A stretch of DNA of 32,000 bases. Source: Schaalia odontolytica (lineage in GTDB: Bacteria > Actinomycetota > Actinomycetes > Actinomycetales > Actinomycetaceae). The notes beneath the pieces are model-generated. The model was not told the DNA's origin and ran no database searches. It saw only the letters and a program-made list of their open reading frames with translations. The DNA lies in the NCBI RefSeq assembly GCF_005696695.1, contig NZ_CP040006.1, positions 1,830,001 to 1,862,000 of the forward strand, written 5' to 3'. Positions 9,201 through 15,674 of this stretch are shown here, in pieces. A program made the position numbers and the translations under genes. Each line of letters opens with the position of its first letter. The stretch's first letter is position 1.

Positions 9201-9676
9201 TGGTAGGCGGTGCCCCTGTGGTTCCAGGCGCGCTGGACCATGATGCCGTCATCGAGGTCGGAGACCGCGGTGCCGCCGAGCAGGCCGTTGACGGTTTCGT
9301 GCGAGGCCTGGACGACGTCGAAGTCGCCGGCCGTACGCGGACGGGTCTTGAGCTTCTCCTGGTCGCCCTTCCCTTGGCTCCACGTCTCCCAGCCTTCGCG
9401 GCCGCGACCGATGAGGACCCAGCCGCCGCCGTCCGTGGTCTGGTCGCAGAAGAACTGGCCGGGGGCCTCCATGGTGGAGGTCTGCAGCCAGTACGTTCCG
9501 TTCTGAGAACGCGGGTCGTTCTGCTTGATTTCCCAGCACGAGGCCGCAGCGGTGGCCTCGCTCAGGCCATCGTGGAGCGGGTCGGCGGCTGCGTGGGCAG
9601 CCGGGGAAAATGCAAGCACGCTCAGGCCGGTCACTGATGCCAGTCCGAGCGCCAAGCAACGGCGCATAAAACTCAT
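6212..9676 (-). CDS. Secreted multidomain protein (FReD1): signal peptide, fibrinogen-like YCDxxxxGGGW-type domain, beta-propeller-like repeats, FN3, two galactose-binding-like jelly-roll domains
   Basis: 1154-aa ORF. The signal peptide ends in AHA. SCWEIKQ..GTYWLQT..FFCDQTTDGGGWVLIGRGREGW resembles the fibrinogen C-terminal signature. There are about 6-7 G(G/D)xFT..V.G units and an FN3-like block (VTLKWSSVPGAVSYDILRDDRPIA). Two FDDSAW..G.SP(I/L)G(Y/W)G...DDGAV(V/I)YVNG domains are separated by a PAPAPEPEP linker. There is no LPXTG or C-terminal TM. GAGGA sits upstream of the ATG. Confidence 0.85.
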   Translation of the reverse strand: MSFMRRCLALGLASVTGLSVLAFSPAAHAAADPLHDGLSEATAAASCWEIKQNDPRSQNGTYWLQTSTMEAPGQFFCDQTTDGGGWVLIGRGREGWETWSQGKGDQEKLKTRPRTAGDFDVVQASHETVNGLLGGTAVSDLDDGIMVQRAWNHRGTAYQTVRMRFPKMRDFIWPFKSAHPVDVKFNREWWVNGGIVWSGFGTNTGWGYVNLTASAQNKYTMGWGYGPLATSWADTSSSTSYFHYNGSIINPYAEAYIRPQLRSTDASFRAIGDGGTPAEKQKDTASEFASPMSWGVTGNLNGSYKEGNIQVQAFEQIGSTMYVGGNFTGVQKGKNGQEIASSGLAGFDATTGEWNGQTFSFNNQVKDLAELPNGKLLVAGDFTRVNGETHVGTVLIDPATGQIDPSWTLQARTGANGGRVSVKSIKIINDHIYLGGIFTHFQGNGASWTYARNGARLDINGKPDRSWNPEFNGTVIDIDVDENETYYYAAGYFTRAHNLVVENAGRLSTATGAALDSSWTFQHSYLIGKYQQTVTARNGRVYFGGSQHSLFGYNSDSMTRTSGSITMQNGGDVQASTRSATGVVYASCHCSDFAFQDAYHYLTLGTSWTRADEIQWVGGWDEATGRQLGWTPYRLSSQRFTGAWALEMGDDGALWAGGDFNYSYTSLTSGQWSGGFVRMPARNATAPAVPANLRASDGNSQQVTLKWSSVPGAVSYDILRDDRPIATTTSNSVTVPLGGKNRFFVRAVASDGLRGASTHAYVVDSNGKPAQPDDSSLLVDEDDTWAYHWSTDPVAENWAQTSFDDSAWSRGASPIGYGGPGLNTKLTPGTAKTRPVTTYARINFTVADPTAIGGVNVAVTADDGAVVYVNGNEVARQRMGDGTVDASTFASASVSTPSARADRQLVFVPADKLVAGANTLAVETHLNYRSSSSMTIDGMVQVVTKGNEPAPAPAPEPEPAPQPQPDVPLTPDPDKPLEVLDVSALNFGPFLFSGMYWNYWNSKEAPDAKWNSTADLSSWKHGASPLGWGDRDAGTPFTMPAADRAITNYFVRDVNFGTLSADFEVTLDVRVDDGAVIYVNGTEIKRVNMPEGTIDANTRASSNVGLTTAKNKLVRITVPRKLLKDGVNRIAVESHANYAKASSVTFDLTASLVR

Positions 9677-9737
9677 GGGGTCCTCACAGGTATCGCGTAA
9701 ATGGTTACTTCTATAGTGTCACGATAATTGCCAGCGC

Positions 9738-9752
9738 TCAACCACTTGGTTA
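9738..9752 (-). promoter_or_regulatory. Conserved 15-bp element upstream of FReD1 (TCAACC-N3-TGGTTA on the plus strand)
   Basis: TCAACCACTTGGTTA lies 62-76 nt upstream of the FReD1 ATG. The same pattern, TCAACCGAATGGTTA, lies 65-79 nt upstream of the FReD2 ATG. On the coding strand its 3' end reads TTGA(G/T)C, which is -35-like. Confidence 0.35.
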
Positions 9753-9785
9753 GGAGGAGGTGGGAGTCGTTTACCACATACAAGT

Positions 9786-9812
9786 CAACCCCTGCCAAAA
9801 CGGCAGGGGTTG
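9786..9812 (-). terminator. Hairpin between the two FReD paralogs (terminator-like)
   Basis: CAACCCCTGCC (9786-9796) pairs with GGCAGGGGTTG (9802-9812) around a 5-nt loop. It lies about 90 nt past the FReD2 stop. The T-tail on the minus strand is weak (ACTTGTATGT). Confidence 0.4.
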
Positions 9813-9902
9813 GACCTGTCAACACGATTCACGAGCTGGATCGAACCATTTTCACTGGCTCACACCTCGCGCGAACTCGAGCGGAGAAGAACGATTCTTC
9901 CC

Positions 9903-12900
9903 TTATTTCACAAGAGTTGCGTTCAGATCGAAGGTCATCGAGGGCGAGCCCTTGTAGTTGAGGTGTTCCTCAACGCCGATGCGGTTCACGCCGCTTGTCA
10001 AGAGGCTGGCGGGGATGGTGACCTCGAGCAGATCGGAGGCTGCCTTGGCGGCACTCACGGCCGAGTTCGCGTAGGTGGTGTGAGTAATGTTTCCATCGGA
10101 CATACGTTTCGTGTCGATGACCTTGCCATTGACTCGTAGAACGACACCGTCATCCGCGCGCACCTTGACGGTCAGCGAGGTGTTCGGGGTGATCGCGCCC
10201 AGGTCAATGTCGCGCGCGAAGTAGTACGTGATCGCACGATCCTTCTTGGCAATGTCGAGGGCGGTCGCCGCACCGGAGTCTCCCCAGCCGATCGGGCCGG
10301 AACCGCGGTTCCAGCTCTGGAAGGAGCCGGTCGTGGCCCAGTCGGAGGCGGGGGCTTCCGTCGAGGTCCAGTAGTTCCACTCGTCGCCGGTCTGGATGAC
10401 CGTGCCGGACTTGACGGAGGCCGCGTTGATCGGCTGCGTCGCGTCGGTCGGCTGGGTGCTGCGATCGGCGGGAACAGAGCTGTTGTCGTCCGGGGTGCCA
10501 TCCACGCGGAAGATGGAGGCCTGCATGGACACGGTCGCGGTGCGCAAGTAGTTGACGTGGGTTTCCACGGCGATCACGTTGTCACCGGTCTTCAGCGCCG
10601 ATGCGGGGACGAAGATCTCGGACTGGGAGGCGGAAGCCGCAGCGAAGTTGGGAGCGGCGTCGGCGCGGGTCGTGTAGCTGACCGTGCCGGCACCCATGCG
10701 GGTGCGGTCCACCTCGACGCCGTTGATGTAGACGACGGCGCCATCGTCGGCCAGGTACTTGACGTTGATACCCTTGAGGCCCTTCGCGTCAGCCACCTGG
10801 AAGTGCGTGCGGTAGTAGGTCGTCACGGGGCGCGAGCCCTTGGTGGCGATCTGGGTCGTGATCGCAGAGTCACCGTAGCCCAGGGGGGCTGCGCCGGTCG
10901 GCCACGCGGAGTCGTCGAACGAGGCCTGGGCCCAGTTCTCGGGGGCAGCGCTGGCGTCAGCGCGGTAGTTCCACGTCGCATCGGCCTCGAGGAGGAACGG
11001 GTTGGAGGCGTCCACCTGGCCCGGAGCCGGAGCGGCGTAGACCGCGGTGGTCGCGGAGCGGTTGCCCTCGGCGTCGACGGCGCGCACGAAGTAGCGGTTC
11101 TCGCCGCCGCGCGGCACCTCGACAGTGGTGGTCTCGGAGGTGGCGATCGGACGATCGTCGCGCAGGATCTCGTAGGACACGGCGTCGGCGACGCCTTCCC
11201 AGGCGAGGGTCACGGTGGAGTCGTTGGACGCGGAGGAACGCAGGTAGGAGGGCGCCTCGGGCGCGACGTTGTCGCGGTTGTCGTAGCGGGCGAAGCCGCC
11301 GTTCCACTGGGTGCGCGTGGCGTCGGTGTGGGAGAGCGTGAAGTCGCCACCCACCCACAGGTTGCCGTAGTTATCGCTCGTCAGCGCCCAGGCGCCGGTC
11401 TTGCGGCGCGAGGAGAGCTCGAAGGGGGTCCACTTCAGGCTCTCGCCGGTAGCGGCATCCCACGCACCGACCCACTTGATCTCGTCGACGCGCGACCAAG
11501 AGCCGTTCATCGACCAGACGTACATGTCCTGGTAGGTGCTGTCGGAGCAGTGGCAAGAACCGTAGATAACACCCTTGGCGGACACGGTCGTAGCCTGGAG
11601 GTCGCCACCGTTGCTGAAGGTCATGGCGCCGGAGACGCGCTGGTTGGTGGCGGTGTCGTAGCCGAACAGGGAGTGCTCGGAACCGCCGACGTAGACGCGG
11701 TTGCCCGCCGTGGCGATGGTCTGCTGGTACTTACCGGCAGTGGCGCTAGAAGGCTCGAAGTTGAAGCCCGCGTCCAGGGCAGCACCCGGCTCGGTGGAGA
11801 ACTTGGCGGCGTACCAGGCACGCTGATTACCGTGCGCGGTGGTGAAGTGGCCGCCCGCGTAGAAGGCGCTGTTCGCCTCGGAGACGCCGACCGCCTGGAC
11901 GGAGCCACTGATCTCGGGGTTCCACGAACGGTCGGGGCGCGCATCAAGACCAACGCGGCCGGCGTTGCGTGCGTAGACCTTAGTGCGGCCGCCGCCGGAC
12001 AGGTGGGTGAACGATCCGCCCATGTAGACGTTGCCGTCGTAGTAGGCCAGGGCGCGCACGCTCACGGCACCGCCGCGCAGCGCGTTGATGACCTGCAGGT
12101 CCCACGAGGGGTCGATCTGGCCCGTCGAGGGGTTGATAACGACGGTGCCGGAGTGGGCCTCGCCGTTGACGCGGGTGAAGTCACCGCCGACGAGGAGGCG
12201 ACCGTCGGGCAGGGCGAGGAGGGCCTTGACCTGCGCGTTGAAGTCGAAGGTCTGGCCGGTGAAGTCGCCGGTGGCCACGTCGAAGGCCGCAAGGCCGCGC
12301 GAGGAGATCTCGGCGCCCTTCTCACCCTGCTTCACACCGGTGAAGTTGCCGCCCACGTACATGGTGGAGCCGACCTGGGCGAAGGCCTGGACCTGGATGT
12401 TGCCCTCACGGACGGAGCCGTTGAGGTTGCCGCTCACGCCCCACGAGGTCTTGGCGGCGTACTGCGAGACGACACCTGAAACCGTCGAGGCGCTCAGGCC
12501 CTCGTCTGGGATGCGGGCGAAGGCAGCCGAGTCCGAGGAGATGCGCGGACGCACGTAGGCCTCGGCGTAGGGGAAGACCGTCAGGCCCGACTTGTGGAAG
12601 TAGGAGGTTGCGGAGGTGACGTCACCGGTCCAGTTGGCGGTGAGAGCACCGTAGCCCCAGCCCGTCTTCCAGCCCGTGATACGGGCGGAGGGGTAGGTCT
12701 GCAGGCCGTTCCACTCGTTGTCGTAGCCGGTCAGGCCCCACATGAGGCCAGAGCGCCAGCCGCCCTTGTCGAGCTGGATGTTGACCGGGTGGGCCATCTT
12801 GAAGGGCCAGACGAAGTCCGTCATCTTCGGGAACTGAAGATCCACCGTCTGGTAGGAGCGGCCCGACGCGCTCCACGAGCGCATGACGCGCACGCCGTCG

Positions 12901-13358
12901 GCCTGGTCCTTGACCGGCTCGTTGTTGAGGAGCTCGGTGACGGACTTGTTGGAGAGCTGAACGACCTCGAAGTCATCGGAGGTCCGCGAGCGAGAGGTCA
13001 ACTTCGCAGGATCGCCCTTGCCGCCGCTCCAGGATTCCCATCCTTCACGGCCGCGGCCGATCAGGACCCAGCCGCCGCCATCTGTCGTCTGGTCACAAAA
13101 GAACTGGGCGGGGTGATCCATCGCAGGAGTCTGGAGCCAGTAGGCGCCATCCGCTGCCTCAGGATTCCGCTGCTTAATGTCCCAGCACGACGCGGCTGCA
13201 GTCGCGGCGCTCGAACCGTCGCGAACAATAGCCTGACCGGGTGCCGAATCTCCCTGACCTGCACCAACAGCGTGAGCCATCGGAGCGAGCGCGAGGGAAG
13301 CGCAGGCGACAATCGGCGCAGTTGCAAGGATTGCAAGGCGCGAAATCGCAGAAGCCAT
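9903..13358 (-). CDS. Secreted multidomain protein (FReD2), paralog of 6212-9676 with the same architecture
   Basis: The ORF is colinear with FReD1. Shared blocks include an identical FFCDQTTDGGGWVLIGRGREGWE, GNIQVQAF.Q.GSTMYVGGNFTGV, SCHCSD, ILRDDRPIAT and DDGAVVY(V/I)NG. The start is set at the ATG at 13358 (MASAISRLAIL..., signal peptide ending AHA, GAAAGG upstream) rather than the ORF-track Met at 13394, which has no SD. Confidence 0.85.
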   Translation of the reverse strand: MASAISRLAILATAPIVACASLALAPMAHAVGAGQGDSAPGQAIVRDGSSAATAAASCWDIKQRNPEAADGAYWLQTPAMDHPAQFFCDQTTDGGGWVLIGRGREGWESWSGGKGDPAKLTSRSRTSDDFEVVQLSNKSVTELLNNEPVKDQADGVRVMRSWSASGRSYQTVDLQFPKMTDFVWPFKMAHPVNIQLDKGGWRSGLMWGLTGYDNEWNGLQTYPSARITGWKTGWGYGALTANWTGDVTSATSYFHKSGLTVFPYAEAYVRPRISSDSAAFARIPDEGLSASTVSGVVSQYAAKTSWGVSGNLNGSVREGNIQVQAFAQVGSTMYVGGNFTGVKQGEKGAEISSRGLAAFDVATGDFTGQTFDFNAQVKALLALPDGRLLVGGDFTRVNGEAHSGTVVINPSTGQIDPSWDLQVINALRGGAVSVRALAYYDGNVYMGGSFTHLSGGGRTKVYARNAGRVGLDARPDRSWNPEISGSVQAVGVSEANSAFYAGGHFTTAHGNQRAWYAAKFSTEPGAALDAGFNFEPSSATAGKYQQTIATAGNRVYVGGSEHSLFGYDTATNQRVSGAMTFSNGGDLQATTVSAKGVIYGSCHCSDSTYQDMYVWSMNGSWSRVDEIKWVGAWDAATGESLKWTPFELSSRRKTGAWALTSDNYGNLWVGGDFTLSHTDATRTQWNGGFARYDNRDNVAPEAPSYLRSSASNDSTVTLAWEGVADAVSYEILRDDRPIATSETTTVEVPRGGENRYFVRAVDAEGNRSATTAVYAAPAPGQVDASNPFLLEADATWNYRADASAAPENWAQASFDDSAWPTGAAPLGYGDSAITTQIATKGSRPVTTYYRTHFQVADAKGLKGINVKYLADDGAVVYINGVEVDRTRMGAGTVSYTTRADAAPNFAAASASQSEIFVPASALKTGDNVIAVETHVNYLRTATVSMQASIFRVDGTPDDNSSVPADRSTQPTDATQPINAASVKSGTVIQTGDEWNYWTSTEAPASDWATTGSFQSWNRGSGPIGWGDSGAATALDIAKKDRAITYYFARDIDLGAITPNTSLTVKVRADDGVVLRVNGKVIDTKRMSDGNITHTTYANSAVSAAKAASDLLEVTIPASLLTSGVNRIGVEEHLNYKGSPSMTFDLNATLVK

Positions 13359-13422
13359 GACACGACCTTTCGGAGGAACGGAAACTTGTTGCATAAATAA
13401 TTACACAACAATCCCCATCAGA

Positions 13423-13437
13423 TCAACCGAATGGTTA
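13423..13437 (-). promoter_or_regulatory. Conserved 15-bp element upstream of FReD2 (partner of 9738-9752)
   Basis: TCAACCGAATGGTTA. It has the same TCAACC-N3-TGGTTA pattern and nearly the same distance to the start codon as the copy upstream of FReD1. Confidence 0.35.
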
Positions 13438-13473
13438 ACTCAAACTTTCACAGGTGCACCACGCACCGCATTC

Positions 13474-14961
13474 CTACCCCCGATGACGCCTCGCCAGGGA
13501 CCCAAGTCCCGACAGGTGCAGACGATCCCTAAACGCCCAGCAAACACAGGCGAAAACCAGGACCGAGAGCGCCGAGCCACCAATGGTCGCAACGAAAGAA
13601 TCGCGCCCCAGCCACCATGCTATACACCCGCCCGGAATCACCGCAGATACGCCCACAACCAGAATCGGCTTGACCACTTCCGACAATTTCGGTGTCACAC
13701 CGATAAACCGCGAGACCTGAACGGTCGCCATGGTCGCGTCAAGCACCATGCACACGGCCCAGACGATCGCCGCAGCGACCATTCCTCCGCGAGGAATAAA
13801 GATGACGTTACCCACAACGTTGAGGGTAAGGACCACGATCTTGTTGACCGCTGCCCACCCGGAGCGTCCACTCATGATGAGCAGAGAGTGAATGTTTCCC
13901 GCCATGAAAGTCACGATGGAGCCGATGCACAGGACCACGAGGACGTTCGCGCCGGGAGCGAAGCCGTCACCGAGGATGCGCATGAGCGCGGGCGCGTAGA
14001 TCGCCATGAGGGCGTAGATCGGGGCGGCGAACAGGACAAGCCAGATCGAGGCCGTGCTGTAGAGGTCACGCAGCTCCTTCGTCTTACCCTGGTGCAGGAG
14101 TTTGGAGAACTGCGGGGAGACGACGACCCGCAAAGCCGTGTCGACGACCATGCCCGCCTGAATGAAGCGAATGGCGCCACCGTAGATGCCCGAGGCCGCA
14201 TCGCCCGCCAGGAGACCGACGAGGAGGACGTCGAGCCACTGCAGCGCCTGCTCGAGGCCGGCGGTGAGGGTGCGAGGAAGCGCGAAGGACACGACCTGAC
14301 GACGCCGCTGCGCACTTGGCCAGCGGCCCACCGAGTCGGCCGCCGAGGGCATGTGTCGCAGCAGCAGCCACCACGCGGCGACGAGGACAACGACGAAGGG
14401 CAGCGCCCAGGCGACCGAGACGAAGGCCAGCGACCCGGTGAACGCAGCCGCGAGCGCAACGAGGAGCGGGCGCAGGCCGGGCAGCAGCAGGTTCTGAATG
14501 AGGACGTACTCGCGCATGTTGCCGAGCGCCCGCAGGGCGGCGGATGCGACCAGGGTGAGGGCGCCGATCGGCACGAACCACAGGACGGCCCGGGTGGATG
14601 CCGCCACCTCGGCGTTCCAGATCAGGGGGGCCACGGCCTCGAGAATGAGGACGCACACGGTGGATACGCCCACCGTCAGGGAGGCCATGAAGGACAGGGT
14701 CGCGCGGATCTCTTCGGGAGCATCCAGGGACAGGCGAGGCATCAGGTAGATGGCGGTGGAGTCGAGGCCCACCTTGGCCAGGGCCATGACGATCGCGAAG
14801 ACGCCGGTCGCCTGGGTGACGATACCGGCTCCCTCGGCGCCCAGCATGCGCGACAGGATGATCGTGAACGCGAAGCCCAGGACCGCCGAGGCGGCCGCTC
14901 CGACGAAGCCAACGATGCCCCCGCGCGCGAGGGAACGCCTGGCTTGATTTGCCTCACTCAT
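13474..14961 (-). CDS. Polysaccharide/oligosaccharide flippase (Wzx, MOP superfamily)
   Basis: 495-aa ORF, highly hydrophobic with about 12-14 predicted helices. The N-terminus (..ARGGIVGFVGAAASAVLGFAFTIILSRMLGAEGAGI) is typical of polysaccharide biosynthesis (Wzx-type) proteins. GGGAAGG sits upstream of the ATG. Confidence 0.8.
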   Translation of the reverse strand: MSEANQARRSLARGGIVGFVGAAASAVLGFAFTIILSRMLGAEGAGIVTQATGVFAIVMALAKVGLDSTAIYLMPRLSLDAPEEIRATLSFMASLTVGVSTVCVLILEAVAPLIWNAEVAASTRAVLWFVPIGALTLVASAALRALGNMREYVLIQNLLLPGLRPLLVALAAAFTGSLAFVSVAWALPFVVVLVAAWWLLLRHMPSAADSVGRWPSAQRRRQVVSFALPRTLTAGLEQALQWLDVLLVGLLAGDAASGIYGGAIRFIQAGMVVDTALRVVVSPQFSKLLHQGKTKELRDLYSTASIWLVLFAAPIYALMAIYAPALMRILGDGFAPGANVLVVLCIGSIVTFMAGNIHSLLIMSGRSGWAAVNKIVVLTLNVVGNVIFIPRGGMVAAAIVWAVCMVLDATMATVQVSRFIGVTPKLSEVVKPILVVGVSAVIPGGCIAWWLGRDSFVATIGGSALSVLVFACVCWAFRDRLHLSGLGSLARRHRG

Positions 14962-14974
14962 GATTAACCTTCCC

Positions 14975-14990
14975 GCTACCGCGCGGTAGC
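14975..14990. promoter_or_regulatory. Perfect 16-bp palindrome in the 59-bp divergent wzx / 15021 intergenic region (candidate operator)
   Basis: GCTACCGCGCGGTAGC is its own reverse complement. It is flanked by direct TAACCT copies at 14964 and 14999. Confidence 0.35.
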
Positions 14991-15020
14991 CTTTCTCTAT
15001 AACCTACCGATGGGATACAC

Positions 15021-15674
15021 ATGGACTTCATCAACTCGCTCTCCCCTGCCCGCAAGAAGAGCCTGCTGGCAGCCGCAATTCTCCTCATCATCGCGCTCGT
15101 CATCGCCGGCTTCCTGCGCCTGACGGGCTCCTCTGAGACGGATGCGGCCGCCTCCGCGGCGTCCGGCGCGCAGAGCGCCGAGGAGGACCCGCAGTCCGAC
15201 ATCCCACAGTCCGTCGCGAAGACCATCACCCCGCAGTCGGGCGGGCCCGCAAACGAATCCGGTTCGCTGGCCACGGACGCCGAGGCCGCCGGACAGGCCA
15301 CCTTCGTCATGAACACCCTGTGGGACGCGTACACGGACCCCGAGCAGGCTCGTGCGACCGACCTGTCCTCCGTACTCACCGCCTCGGCGCTGGAGGAGTT
15401 CGACGCGCAGGCTCTCGAGTGGACGAGGGACGGCACCCACACCACCGGCTCACCCACCCTCGAGGACGTGCACATCCTCAGCGATGACGGTGCCGGAAAC
15501 GTCACGGTCTCGGCGTGCGTCGATTCTTCCAACGTTCGCGTCCTCAACGACGCGGGAACTGCGCTGACGGACGACACGACCATGACCCGCGCCCTCACCT
15601 ATTTTCTGTTTGTGAAGGACGGCGGCGCGTGGAAGCTGTCCGGCTTCTCGTTCCCCGACGACCCGACTTGTTGA
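15021..15674 (+). CDS. Hypothetical membrane-anchored extracytoplasmic protein
   Basis: 217-aa ORF. One N-terminal TM (LLAAAILLIIALVIAGFL), a low-complexity acidic/Ser-Ala linker, and a ~130-aa C-terminal globular region. No family was recognised. It is the only plus-strand gene inside the locus, and its SD is weak. Confidence 0.55.
   Translation: MDFINSLSPARKKSLLAAAILLIIALVIAGFLRLTGSSETDAAASAASGAQSAEEDPQSDIPQSVAKTITPQSGGPANESGSLATDAEAAGQATFVMNTLWDAYTDPEQARATDLSSVLTASALEEFDAQALEWTRDGTHTTGSPTLEDVHILSDDGAGNVTVSACVDSSNVRVLNDAGTALTDDTTMTRALTYFLFVKDGGAWKLSGFSFPDDPTC

Noticed and set aside
6191-9637. 1148-aa plus-strand ORF antisense to FReD1. Similar shadow ORFs occur at 10557-12479 and 12594-13400, antisense to FReD2.
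   Set aside because: The translation is Gly/Arg/Val/Asp-rich low complexity with no recognisable motifs. It exactly shadows a minus-strand ORF with clear domain signatures. This is the typical high-GC antisense open-frame artefact.
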